This document shows positions 49,548 to 59,572 of a DNA stretch of 64,000 bases, piece by piece; positions within the stretch are counted from its first letter, which is position 1; every line of letters starts with the position of its first letter. A model generated the notes under the pieces. That model was not told the origin of the DNA. It saw only the letters and a program-made list of their open reading frames with translations, and searched no databases. A program made the translations under genes and the position numbers. The stretch spans positions 288,001-352,000 of the forward strand of contig CAVPJU010000006.1 in assembly GCA_963705505.1 (NCBI GenBank). Direction: 5' to 3'. Source of the DNA: an uncultured bacterium. Its GTDB lineage: Bacteria > Desulfobacterota_D > UBA1144 > Nemesobacterales > UBA2774.

Positions 49548-51590
49548 ATGGGAGAAGTAATAGCAGCTCTCTTCGGAACCATATTGGGACTAGCCGTGCT
49601 GGCATACGCCTTTTTGGTGTACCGCGAGATAAAATCCTTTCCCGCAGGAAACGACAAGATGAAGGAAATCTCCGCGGCAATATCCGAGGGAGCGATGGTA
49701 TTTCTAAGCCGTGAATACAGGATAATCGGGATATTCGTAATTATAGTTTTCATACTGCTTGCCATTTTTATCGGCCGGAATACCGCGATCGCATATGTGG
49801 GCGGGGCCGTGTGCTCTCTGACCGCCGGATTTTTCGGAATGAAGGCGGCGACGAAAGCCAACGTAAGGACAGCCCACGCTGCGGCTGCGGAAGGACAGGG
49901 GAAAGCGCTAATAGTAGCTTTTAAGGGCGGTAACGTAATGGGCCTTTCGGTAGCGGGTATAGGGCTCCTCGGCCTCTCGATTGCGTTTGCTTTGGGTATA
50001 GGGCTTCCGTCGAACCCGCAGGACGCAGCGGGTCTCGCGCTCTTTGCTCATAGGTTCGGAGCGATAATCGGCGGTTTTGCCCTGGGCGCAAGCTCTGTCG
50101 CGCTCTTTGCCAGGATAGGCGGAGGCATCTTTACAAAGGGGGCCGATGTCGGCGCCGACCTCGTGGGTAAGGTCGAAGCGGGGATTCCGGAGGACGACCC
50201 CAGAAACCCGGCCACCATTGCCGACGACGTCGGAGACAACGTCGGGGATGTAGCGGGTATGGGAGCAGACCTCTTCGAGTCCTATGTGGGCGCCGTGGTT
50301 GCGACAATCATCATCGCCGCCAGCTACGGTAAAAACGAAATCGCTCTGATGGCAATACCAATAATTCTTATAGCAATAGGAAGTTTCTCATCAATAATAG
50401 GCGCCAAAAGCGTTGAATGGATGAAAGACCTTGAGCCGCAGATTGTCCTGAGGCGGGCGACCTTCTACACCGGAGGCATCTACCTTGCCGCTTCTTTGGT
50501 CGTGCTCCTCATTGTCGGTCTTGTCGACGGTATAGGGGGCTACATAATTTGGATTTGGCTGGCTTCGGTACTGGGACTCCTCGCCGGTATCGCAATCGGA
50601 CTGCTCACGGAATATTACACCTCCGGCTCGCCTGTCAGAAAAATCGCGGAGGCTTCCCAGACGGGTGCCGCAACTAACATAATCCAGGGTATTTCAGTCG
50701 GCATGATAAGCACCACGCTACCCGTTATCGCAATCGCGATCGCGATCGGTCTCTCGTACTCTTTCGCCGGACTATACGGGATAGGCATTGCATCCGTGAG
50801 TATGCTGGCCACGATAGGAATAACGATGTCCGTCGACGCATACGGTCCTGTCGCGGATAACGCAGGCGGCATCACGGAAATGTCCGGACTCGGTCACGAC
50901 GTGAGAAAAATTACAGACAAGCTCGATTCGCTCGGAAAGACGACGGCCGCTACCGGAAAAGGGTTCGCCATCGGTTCCGCGGCGCTCACCGCACTCGCAC
51001 TTTTCGCCGCATTCACAAAGGCCGTCGGGCTCGAGTCGATAGACCTCACGAAAAGTCATGTAGTCACCGGCATGCTCCTTGGCGGCACCGTGCCGTTTCT
51101 TCTCGCGGCACTTACGATGGGCGCCGTAGGAAGAACGGCTCAAAAGATGGTTGAAGAGGTGAGAAGGCAGTTCCGTGAGATCACGGGACTTCTCCAGGGG
51201 GAGGCAAAGCCCGATTACGCCTCATGCATAGGGATAAGCACCGATGCGGCGCTCAGGGAAATGGTTGTTCCGGGTGTAATTGCCATTATCGCCCCGATTG
51301 CCATCGGCTTCATTCTCGGCGCGGAGGGTCTCGGGGGGTTCCTGGCGGGATCAATCGTGACCGGAGTAGTGCTCGCGCTTATGATGGCTAATTCGGGAGG
51401 GGCATGGGACAACGCGAGGAAATATATCGAAGAAGGCAACCTCGGAGGAAAAGGGTCGGAAGCCCACAAAGCGGCAGTCGTCGGCGACACCGTAGGCGAT
51501 CCGTTTAAGGATACATCGGGGCCGGCCATGAATATCCTGATAAAGCTCATGTCGATAGTTGCGGTCGTTATTGCCCCGCTTTTGATTTAA
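49548..51590 (+). CDS. hppA: Membrane-integral pyrophosphatase, Na+-translocating type with variant motifs
   Basis: [36 protein letters not shown]. Confidence 0.93.
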   Translation: MGEVIAALFGTILGLAVLAYAFLVYREIKSFPAGNDKMKEISAAISEGAMVFLSREYRIIGIFVIIVFILLAIFIGRNTAIAYVGGAVCSLTAGFFGMKAATKANVRTAHAAAAEGQGKALIVAFKGGNVMGLSVAGIGLLGLSIAFALGIGLPSNPQDAAGLALFAHRFGAIIGGFALGASSVALFARIGGGIFTKGADVGADLVGKVEAGIPEDDPRNPATIADDVGDNVGDVAGMGADLFESYVGAVVATIIIAASYGKNEIALMAIPIILIAIGSFSSIIGAKSVEWMKDLEPQIVLRRATFYTGGIYLAASLVVLLIVGLVDGIGGYIIWIWLASVLGLLAGIAIGLLTEYYTSGSPVRKIAEASQTGAATNIIQGISVGMISTTLPVIAIAIAIGLSYSFAGLYGIGIASVSMLATIGITMSVDAYGPVADNAGGITEMSGLGHDVRKITDKLDSLGKTTAATGKGFAIGSAALTALALFAAFTKAVGLESIDLTKSHVVTGMLLGGTVPFLLAALTMGAVGRTAQKMVEEVRRQFREITGLLQGEAKPDYASCIGISTDAALREMVVPGVIAIIAPIAIGFILGAEGLGGFLAGSIVTGVVLALMMANSGGAWDNARKYIEEGNLGGKGSEAHKAAVVGDTVGDPFKDTSGPAMNILIKLMSIVAVVIAPLLI

Positions 51591-51765
51591 GTGAATAACC
51601 GGGGCTTGGGTATCTATTTTTTCAATTATTCCGGCCAGGTTACAAGAAATATTCACAATTCGGATTTTACAGGTACAATATTCCAGTTAAAAATCTGTCG
51701 CTTCGGGGTGGCAAACAAGTCATAGACCCGGGGCCGCATAGACCGAGACAGGAGGTTAGTGAAAT

Positions 51766-52155
51766 ATGGCGATCAAGCCAAACTATTACGAGACACTTTA
51801 TGTGGTGAGACCCGATATAAAGGACGAAGAGCTGGCTAAGATACAGCAGAGGCTCAATGAAACCTTGGCGGCTTATGAAGGCGAGATCATTAAGTCCGAT
51901 AAATGGGCTCAAAGGGAGCTCGCGTACGAGATAAAGAATTACACGAGGGGCGTGTATTACATTATTGTGTTTAGAGCGCTTCCGGGAGCAGTGGCGGAGC
52001 TGGAAAGACATCTGAGGTTCTATAACAGCGATGTCCTCAGGTTCATGACCGTAACAATAAGCGAAAACGCCGCAAAGAGAGAGAAACCCGCCCCGGAAGT
52101 CAAAAACCAGAATGAGCCTGCCGAAACGCCGGTCCAGGCCGAAGGAGAAAACTAA
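51766..52155 (+). CDS. rpsF: 30S ribosomal protein S6
   Basis: [21 protein letters not shown]. Confidence 0.94.
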   Translation: MAIKPNYYETLYVVRPDIKDEELAKIQQRLNETLAAYEGEIIKSDKWAQRELAYEIKNYTRGVYYIIVFRALPGAVAELERHLRFYNSDVLRFMTVTISENAAKREKPAPEVKNQNEPAETPVQAEGEN

Positions 52156-52391
52156 TGGAATCACCTCGCGACAAAAAATATTTTGCAAAAAAGAAGGTAT
52201 GCAGGTTCTGCGCCGAATCGATTGAAATGGATTATAAGAATGCCGATCTCCTGTCAAGATATATAACGGACAGGAAAAAAATCGTTCCCAGAAGGAACTC
52301 CGGGCTCTGCGCGGGCTGCCAGAGAGAGCTGGCATCCGCAATAAAAAGAGCGCGCTTCATGGCTCTGCTGCCCTTTACCGTTCTCCATTAA
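52155..52391 (+). CDS. rpsR: 30S ribosomal protein S18 (Zn-ribbon form)
   Basis: [26 protein letters not shown]. Confidence 0.95.
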   Translation: MESPRDKKYFAKKKVCRFCAESIEMDYKNADLLSRYITDRKKIVPRRNSGLCAGCQRELASAIKRARFMALLPFTVLH

Positions 52392-52459
52392 TTGAAGAGA
52401 AAGCGGTTTTAGATATTCGTCACAGCGGTTTTATTGGAAAGTCTGGAGGTATAAGAACT

Positions 52460-52909
52460 ATGAAAGTGATATTTACTTCGGATGTCGAGGCAATTGGGAA
52501 GCAGGGGGAGATAAAGGACGTTAAGGACGGCCTGGCCAGAAACTTCCTTCTTCCCAAGAAGCTCGCTATAACGGCAACCCCGGGCAATATCAAAATCTGG
52601 GAGCAAAAAAGCGTTGCCATCAGGAAAAAGGAAGACAAGATAAAAGGGGACGCGCAAAAATTTGCGTCCAGACTAAACGGAATCGAAATTAAAATTCCGG
52701 TAAAAGTCGGCGAAGAAGAAAAAATATTCGGCTCGGTCACTTCCCAAAGCATTTCAGACGCACTGGGCGGACTCGGATACGAAGTCTCGAGAAAGCAAAT
52801 CGACCTTGAAAGCCCGATAAAAACACTCGGGACGCACGAGGTAACTATAAAGCTCTATCACGACGTAAACGCAGTTATCAAGGTTGAGGTCGTGGAAGAA
52901 GGTCAATAG
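52460..52909 (+). CDS. rplI: 50S ribosomal protein L9
   Basis: [23 protein letters not shown]. Confidence 0.95.
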   Translation: MKVIFTSDVEAIGKQGEIKDVKDGLARNFLLPKKLAITATPGNIKIWEQKSVAIRKKEDKIKGDAQKFASRLNGIEIKIPVKVGEEEKIFGSVTSQSISDALGGLGYEVSRKQIDLESPIKTLGTHEVTIKLYHDVNAVIKVEVVEEGQ

Positions 52910-52987
52910 TTAAATACCTTCCCTTGCCGGGCAAGTAGACTTCAGCAGGGTTTCAGCTTACACGACCGGGCGCAGACAGCCGGATCA

Positions 52988-53743
52988 TCACTTCTGCTTT
53001 AAAATATCCTGATATGTTATTTTCTCGTAACCTGCGGGAGGCTGAAACTCGCTCTGGGGTATATCCTGTTTTTTCACGCTTACGATCTCTTCAACGAAGA
53101 CCTTATCGCTGTCGGGAGAGTGGTAAACCGCTTTCATCGTATAACCGCCTTCGTTGATTTCCTTAAATATCTTATATTCGTCATCAGATATCGAGGCGGA
53201 GCCGCCGACATTCTGACTCATTCCTTTTAGGTCGCTCATTAGCTTCGACATCTTGTCGAGATCAATCTCTTGATAGAATACAGGATCATTGCTAACCCAA
53301 TACTCGGACTGGAGCTTACCGTTTTCGTAGATTTCATACTTCTTGGAGTTGTAACCGGCGATACTGGCCGATTCGTCCGTTTTTTTCAGAGTTACCTTAC
53401 GGTTTACATCCGTGTCGGTTTTATTTTCGGACATTACTGATCCCATATATTTTATATATTCTTCTCTGTTGAGGAATATATAGAGTTTCTTTTCATGATT
53501 TACATACATTATATCTCCGGAATTTAAATCCATTATAACTGTAGGAGGAAAGGGTCCGCCGTTCTGAATTTGCTTCGATTTGTTATTCTGAAGGTAAATA
53601 GTAACAGATTGCTTATTCGAATCACCCTGCTGATAATCCACCTGCTCCATGACGAGACCCGCGTGCGCGATTTTCTCCAAACCGACGCTCGCAAAAAGGG
53701 CCGTGAACACCAACATATATAGAACCTTTACCTGCATTCGCAT
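52988..53743 (-). CDS. Secreted DUF4412-like protein
   Basis: Signal peptide; IAGYNSKKY, EYWV, FQPPAGY. Confidence 0.7.
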   Translation of the reverse strand: MRMQVKVLYMLVFTALFASVGLEKIAHAGLVMEQVDYQQGDSNKQSVTIYLQNNKSKQIQNGGPFPPTVIMDLNSGDIMYVNHEKKLYIFLNREEYIKYMGSVMSENKTDTDVNRKVTLKKTDESASIAGYNSKKYEIYENGKLQSEYWVSNDPVFYQEIDLDKMSKLMSDLKGMSQNVGGSASISDDEYKIFKEINEGGYTMKAVYHSPDSDKVFVEEIVSVKKQDIPQSEFQPPAGYEKITYQDILKQK

Positions 53744-53956
53744 TCAATTTACCTCCGGGAAAATTCTAAATATATACCCTCCAAAAACACAAATTATAAG
53801 ATAACCTATTATTTCGGCAATCGCCACAGACCCGCCTCTCCGGGCTGCGTTTCCGGCCCCCTATCGTGTATAATAGTTTCTATTGACGCTCCCAGATTCT
53901 GTGATAGAGTAAACGGGTCTAAAGAGCCACTGCAATATTACGGAGGTACACATTTT

Positions 53957-54772
53957 ATGGCTGAATTTAAAATCAAGTTCGCGCCCGTCGGCGAAAAAGA
54001 GGTTACGAAGGCTATCGTCGAGGGTTTTGCGAACGAATTCAACGAATATATATCGAGTGACGTGATTGTTGTGGGCGCAGGTCCGAGCGGCTTGGTGGCG
54101 GCCAAGGATATCGCGAAGCAGAAATATAAAGTCCTCCTGGTCGAGAGAATGAACTATCTCGGCGGCGGGTTCTGGATAGGGGGCTACCTGATGAACAAGG
54201 TCACAGTCAGAGAGCCGGGAAATCAGGTGTTAGATGAGATAGAAGTGCCTTACGAAGAGGTCCAGAAGGGACTCTACGTCGCGGACGGACCGTATGCTTG
54301 CTCCAAGCTCATAGCTATGACATGCGAAGCAGGCGCAAAAATAAGGAATATGACGATGTTCGACGACCTCGTGTACAGGGAGAACGGCAGGGTAGCCGGA
54401 ATCGTTATTAACTGGACTCCCGTAGCCAACATGCCTAAGGAAATCACCTGCCTCGACCCGATAGCCATCGAATCGAAGCTCGTAATAGACGCCACGGGGC
54501 ATGACGCTTACTGCGTATCGAGGCTCGCTCAGCAGGGGCTCTACAAGAAACTGCCGGGTCACGGCTCGATGTGGGTGGAAAAGTCAGAAGACGCCCTCGT
54601 TGAATATACGGGGGAAGTTCATCCGGGACTCATCGCGTGCGGAATGTCGGTAAATTCCATTTTCGGTCTCCCGAGAATGGGACCCACCTTCGGCGGAATG
54701 CTCCTTTCGGGCAAGAAAGCTGCCCAGGTCGCGATCGACATACTAAAGAAACAGGAACAGGCAAGGGCTTAA
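53957..54772 (+). CDS. thi4: Thi4-type thiazole synthase, Cys-containing
   Basis: GAGPSGL, GGGFWIGG, TCLDP, DATGH, PRMGPTFGGMLLSG. Confidence 0.93.
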   Translation: MAEFKIKFAPVGEKEVTKAIVEGFANEFNEYISSDVIVVGAGPSGLVAAKDIAKQKYKVLLVERMNYLGGGFWIGGYLMNKVTVREPGNQVLDEIEVPYEEVQKGLYVADGPYACSKLIAMTCEAGAKIRNMTMFDDLVYRENGRVAGIVINWTPVANMPKEITCLDPIAIESKLVIDATGHDAYCVSRLAQQGLYKKLPGHGSMWVEKSEDALVEYTGEVHPGLIACGMSVNSIFGLPRMGPTFGGMLLSGKKAAQVAIDILKKQEQARA

Positions 54773-54815
54773 ACAGAATATAAAGAGGGGAAGACAGGCT
54801 CTTTCCCTCATCTTA

Positions 54816-55610
54816 TCATCCCCGATTGATTTCCGCAAAAGCTCGAACGCACTTTTCGCAGAGGTTCCCTTCATATTGAATTCTCAATACCTCTTCCTGC
54901 CAGTGGGAATTATATAAACAGCATTCCGGGTCATCACAGAACTCATTCCCCGTTAATTCGTAATTGACCGCCTGAAGGGCATAAGAGCATAGAATAGAAG
55001 ACGTCTTTGGATCGCCGCATTCGATAAATCTCCCTTTGTACATCCGGTCAAGCTCCTCCGTATCCCTTCCGCTTCTGATTAAGCCGCCTTTGATAAAGTA
55101 GTACTCCCTCGGCCTGGCCGGAGCCTCCACGAGCCCGGAAGTCGAAATGAGCGAAGGGCTTCCTGCCAGGATCACCCTGGCATGGTATCGCCTCATATCG
55201 AATGTGCCGAATAAACGTCCCGTGAAAATCATGTGCAGGAAACCTCTCCCCGCCTCTCCGGGAGCCTTTTGAGAGAGGGCATTGTGCAGGATCCTCTGGA
55301 TCCAGAGCCCGTCATAGAATTCCCCCCTCACGTCTTCGAGACCCGACATCTTCCTCAGCTCAGAATTCGTCTCCACGGATTCGGGGGGGCGGATCTCATC
55401 GAGCGGGCTCTCTATATCTTTAATTTTTGATGCGGCCAGGAGCTCCGCTGTGCGGTGCAAGCCGTCGTCTGTATGATCCAGAAACGAAAAGAGGCCGCCC
55501 CGGATTTCAGTCCGGATCCCGAACCTCTCCAGACGCTCGGCTATTACTTCTGTGTTTAGTGATTCGGACGGGTAATCGGTATATATAAATACGGTCAGAC
55601 TTCGGTCCAT
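54816..55610 (-). CDS. DUF6775-like putative metallopeptidase
   Basis: YHAR, ISTSGLVEAPARPREYY, FCDDPECCLYNSHWQEE, LCEKC. Confidence 0.72.
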   Translation of the reverse strand: MDRSLTVFIYTDYPSESLNTEVIAERLERFGIRTEIRGGLFSFLDHTDDGLHRTAELLAASKIKDIESPLDEIRPPESVETNSELRKMSGLEDVRGEFYDGLWIQRILHNALSQKAPGEAGRGFLHMIFTGRLFGTFDMRRYHARVILAGSPSLISTSGLVEAPARPREYYFIKGGLIRSGRDTEELDRMYKGRFIECGDPKTSSILCSYALQAVNYELTGNEFCDDPECCLYNSHWQEEVLRIQYEGNLCEKCVRAFAEINRG

Positions 55611-55652
55611 AAGGGAATCGTTGCAACCAATGGAAAGTATGAATTTTCAATT

Positions 55653-56117
55653 TTATGGTGAAATTTCGGCAATGAGCTCTACTTCCACGGGGGCGTTCAT
55701 GGGAAGCTCGGCCACTCCCACAGCCGCGCGCGCATGGCGTCCGGCTTCACCGAAGACCTGATACAGTAGGTCCGACGCGCCGTTTATCACATTCGCCTGA
55801 TTGTGAAAGCCCGGCGCGCTTGCGACGTAGCCCGTCACCTTAACGATCTTTTTTACCCTGCCAAGACCCCCTAACTCCTTACTCATAACGGCGAGCGCAT
55901 TGACGGAAGACACCCTCGCCGCCTGCATACCCTCTTCAACCGATACGTCTGAGCCGACCTTCCCCTCAAATAAAAGCCGTCCTCCCGATAACGGAAGCTG
56001 ACCCGAAACAAAAATAAGACTCCCTGATACAGAAGCAGGCTTATAAGACCCGAGAGGTGTGGGGACGTCGGGTATCTGAATGCCGAGCTCGCTCAGGCGT
56101 TCTTCAACCTTTCCCAT
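55653..56117 (-). CDS. Rid (YjgF/YER057c/UK114) family protein
   Basis: FVSGQLP, NGASDL, HARAAVGVAELP..VEVE. Confidence 0.9.
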   Translation of the reverse strand: MGKVEERLSELGIQIPDVPTPLGSYKPASVSGSLIFVSGQLPLSGGRLLFEGKVGSDVSVEEGMQAARVSSVNALAVMSKELGGLGRVKKIVKVTGYVASAPGFHNQANVINGASDLLYQVFGEAGRHARAAVGVAELPMNAPVEVELIAEISP

Positions 56118-57534
56118 TTTCCCCTTCGAATTTGAGAGCGACGTAAATCGTATTCGATCCGCGCTGAATGAGGAACAGGACATTCTGTCCCGGGCTTATC
56201 GAATCCATAGATTTTTTATAATTATCGATGTTGGCGATCTTATTCTTGTTTATCTCCATTATGACGTCTCCGGGCTCGAGTCCCGCATTCTCGGCAGTAC
56301 TTCCGGGCTCGACATTGGTGATTATGACGCCTTCCCTGATATCCGTCTGGAACATCCTCTGCACCTGCGGCGAAATTTCCTGAACAACCAAACCTAACCC
56401 CTGTTCGACCGCTTTACCCGTTAACTTTCTCGAACTCTCGGCGACTTCCTCCGGGAGCTCCCCGAGTTTTATATTAAGGGTCTTTGTCTCGCCGTTTCTG
56501 AGTACCTTTAATTGAGTGCTCGTCCCGGGTGCATATGAAGCGACGGACTTCGGAAGTTCCTGCATGTCCTGTATTGCATTACCGTTAAACTCGACGATAA
56601 TATCGCCCCTCTGAACGCCCGCCTTCTCGGCAGGGCCTCCCGGCGTAACGTCGGCTACAAGGGCGCCCTGGTGATTCTGGAGATTAATGCTCTCGGCGAT
56701 CTCGGGCGTAATCTGCTGCACATAAACGCCGATCCAGCCGCGGACCACCTTTCCGCTGTCACGGAGCTGGGCAACGACAACCTTCGCCATATTGATGGGT
56801 ATGGCGAAGCCTATGCCCTGCCCGCCGGCTATTATCGCGGTATTCACCCCTATGACCTCACCGTTAAAGTTAAACAGCGGGCCGCCGCTGTTCCCGGGGT
56901 TGATTGCGGCATCGGTCTGAATAAAGTCGTCATACGAACCGAGCCCGAGCGACCTTCCCTTTGCGCTTATAATTCCTGCCGTTACGGTATTTCCCAGCCC
57001 GAACGGGTTCCCGATCGCGAGCACCCAGTCGCCTATCTCGAGCCCGTCGGAATTGCCGAACCTGACAGCGGGTAATTTTCTCTTGGGATCTATCTTGAGG
57101 AGAGCAAGATCGGTCTTAGGGTCGGTCCCCACCACCTCTGCGTGATATACTTCTCCGTTCTCAAGTATCACCTTTATGTCCGTGGCCCTTTCAACAACAT
57201 GGTTGTTGGTAATAATGTATCCGTCTTCACTGAAGATGAACCCCGATCCCAGTCCCCTGCCCTTAAACTCCCTCTCGGGCGAGTCCCCGAAGAACTTATC
57301 GAAGAAATCGTTGAACTGGTCGTTTTCTTTGCCCTCGAACGGGGATTCATACGAGAAACTCCTTCCCTTGGATACGCTGGTAGTGCTTATGTTTACGACC
57401 GACGGGGTCAATTTTTTCACGAGCGGGGCCAGGGAATTAAAACCGTACTGCTGGGCCTGGGCCGTCTGATAAAACACCCCGATAGCTATGAGAAAAAATG
57501 TGGAAATTATCGATATTCTTGCCAACCTTACCAT
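56104..57534 (-). CDS. degP: HtrA/DegP periplasmic serine protease with two PDZ domains
   Basis: GSGF, TNNHV, DLAL, QTDAAINPGNSGGPL. Start is 57534 or 57594. Confidence 0.93.
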   Translation of the reverse strand: MVRLARISIISTFFLIAIGVFYQTAQAQQYGFNSLAPLVKKLTPSVVNISTTSVSKGRSFSYESPFEGKENDQFNDFFDKFFGDSPEREFKGRGLGSGFIFSEDGYIITNNHVVERATDIKVILENGEVYHAEVVGTDPKTDLALLKIDPKRKLPAVRFGNSDGLEIGDWVLAIGNPFGLGNTVTAGIISAKGRSLGLGSYDDFIQTDAAINPGNSGGPLFNFNGEVIGVNTAIIAGGQGIGFAIPINMAKVVVAQLRDSGKVVRGWIGVYVQQITPEIAESINLQNHQGALVADVTPGGPAEKAGVQRGDIIVEFNGNAIQDMQELPKSVASYAPGTSTQLKVLRNGETKTLNIKLGELPEEVAESSRKLTGKAVEQGLGLVVQEISPQVQRMFQTDIREGVIITNVEPGSTAENAGLEPGDVIMEINKNKIANIDNYKKSMDSISPGQNVLFLIQRGSNTIYVALKFEGENGKG

Positions 57535-57621
57535 TGCTCGAACTACCTCCGAATTAAACAATTGATTTTTTATTGGGTTAAATGAATCTTTCACGCCGAT
57601 ACCACCGGATATCTAAATTAT

Positions 57622-57647
57622 AAGATGTAATACACAAGATGTAATAC
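57622..57647. repeat. Direct repeat upstream of degP
   Basis: AAGATGTAATAC twice, 14-bp period. Confidence 0.7.
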
Positions 57648-57755
57648 TTCGTATAAAATACAAGTAAAATTATAACTGACGATTTGATTTCGTGTAGTAA
57701 AAATTGTCGGACAGGGCACCAAAAAAACCAAATATATAAGGGTAGTTAAGCCGAT

Positions 57756-58946
57756 TTATATGGGCTCTTTAAGCATTGTGTCCCAGTATTTGACGTGAAG
57801 CCTGTTTGAGTAAAAACGCATGACGAAATTTCTTATGTAAGACAGCATGCGGCTGTCGGCAAAAGCGACCCTTCCCATCATGCGCGATTGATCCTGAATC
57901 TTGTTAACACGCGGACGCCTTCTCAACTCATAACTTTCAAGAGCGTGGACGATATATTGGGAGTCGGTCCTGGACAGCTCGTCCGCAAGAACGGCCGCCG
58001 ACTCAATTGCCATAGACACCCCGCCGCCGGCAGTGGGCAATACGGCATGCGCGGAGTCTCCTACCAGGACGACCCTTCCCTTGTACCATTTATCCATTCT
58101 CAAGTCGTTGTAATCGTCATGGTAGATCTGACTCGGGTCGTTGAGCTCGGCCAATATGTCAGGCACGATGCCGCCAAAATCCTTGAAATGCTCTTCTATG
58201 CGGCTCACCCTTTCCTCGACCGGGTCCGGCACGCTCTTCGGGCTTCTTATGCTCGTAAACACGGACAGGCGGTCTCTCGTAGGCCAGATGCCTAAAAACT
58301 TTCCCGTACCCCAGTACTCGGCAATATGAGCCTTTTTCAGCAGGCTCGACTTGACCCAGAAGCTCCAGCCCTTCATGCCGCTGTATGTCAGAGGCACATG
58401 GCCGAATACCATATTGCGGGTCTTCGAACGAACGCCGTCACATCCGACTACCAGGTCGAACGCCTCTTCCTTTCCGTCGCTGAAAGTAACATATACCTCG
58501 TCCCCGGTCTGATGAATCTTTTCAACCGTGGTATTCATGCGAATGGTGTCGGGGTCAACGGCCTCCCTCAGAACATTTATCAGCTCGGGTCTGTATATGC
58601 TGATCATGGGACCGTATTTTTCGGTTACCGTTTGAACAGAATACGAGCGAAGCATCTCGCCTCTTTCATTCCAGACATTGTATGTGGAAAACGGGAGCCC
58701 GGCATCGAGCAATTTGCGGTAAAGACCGAGCCCTTTTAAGATTCGGCTTCCGGAAGGCCAGAGCACGATGATATACCCCACGTTCCCGTATTCAAGAATT
58801 TGCTCGGCAACAGTCGGTCTGAACCCTCTTTGACGGAGAAGGCCCGCAAGCGTCAGTCCCGATATCCCGCCGCCGACGATAAGGATACGCATCTCGGGCC
58901 CGTACCGGACAGGCAGGCTGTATTTTTCTGGATCCGCTAGCTTCAT
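57756..58946 (-). CDS. FAD-dependent monooxygenase
   Basis: GGGISGL, DLVVGCDGVRS, LVGDSAH...GGGVSMAIE. Confidence 0.9.
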   Translation of the reverse strand: MKLADPEKYSLPVRYGPEMRILIVGGGISGLTLAGLLRQRGFRPTVAEQILEYGNVGYIIVLWPSGSRILKGLGLYRKLLDAGLPFSTYNVWNERGEMLRSYSVQTVTEKYGPMISIYRPELINVLREAVDPDTIRMNTTVEKIHQTGDEVYVTFSDGKEEAFDLVVGCDGVRSKTRNMVFGHVPLTYSGMKGWSFWVKSSLLKKAHIAEYWGTGKFLGIWPTRDRLSVFTSIRSPKSVPDPVEERVSRIEEHFKDFGGIVPDILAELNDPSQIYHDDYNDLRMDKWYKGRVVLVGDSAHAVLPTAGGGVSMAIESAAVLADELSRTDSQYIVHALESYELRRRPRVNKIQDQSRMMGRVAFADSRMLSYIRNFVMRFYSNRLHVKYWDTMLKEPI

Positions 58947-59107
58947 TTTTTTATTGCCGGATATTTTTTGAAACAACATCAAAAATATATCAATATAGAG
59001 GAAATAGCAAAACCTTTTATACAAGTTAGTATACCCGGCGAAAACCGGGGTATATGAATAACAAACAATCGATTAAATAAGGAAGCCGACAATTATTTTA
59101 GTCGGGC

Positions 59108-59545
59108 TCAGTACTGAGGCGCTTCCCCTGAAGTTTCCCCGCATATCTCAAGCTCGAGTCCATCGGGGTCGAGGAAGTGGTAAGCCTTAATTTTGCCGTC
59201 CTCACTCATTTTTTCTTCGATGAAATTAACGCCCCTTTCCCTGAGCAGCCCGCTTGCCTTTTCAATGTCGTCCACAAAAAAGGCGATATGATTCACCCCC
59301 TCTACGGAGTCACCCGCAACGCGGCGCCGTCCATTATCCTCCGCAAGCGCGAGGATCGCCTTCTTATCCGTTCCGATAAAAGTTTTTTTCCGGCCCCCTT
59401 CCGGACGGCCGTCCTTTATCAGTTTCAATCCCAGAACGTTGGTATAAAATTCAATCGCCCGATCCATATCGCTTACTATAACGGCGATATGGTCGAGGCC
59501 CTTTATGAGCATCTTCCCGCCGATAATATTACGTATCCACTCCAT
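59108..59545 (-). CDS. VOC/glyoxalase family protein
   Basis: LDHIAV, FYTNVLGL, NHIAF, DPDGLELE. Confidence 0.9.
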   Translation of the reverse strand: MEWIRNIIGGKMLIKGLDHIAVIVSDMDRAIEFYTNVLGLKLIKDGRPEGGRKKTFIGTDKKAILALAEDNGRRRVAGDSVEGVNHIAFFVDDIEKASGLLRERGVNFIEEKMSEDGKIKAYHFLDPDGLELEICGETSGEAPQY

Positions 59546-59572
59546 ATGCCAGCTTCCCCGCGATTTACAGGC

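Noticed and set aside
53744..53956. TPP or c-di-GMP riboswitch upstream of thi4
   Set aside because: No CUGAGA core. GGGTCTAA resembles only a fragment of a GEMM motif, and a TTGACG-16-TAGAGT promoter leaves too short a leader.
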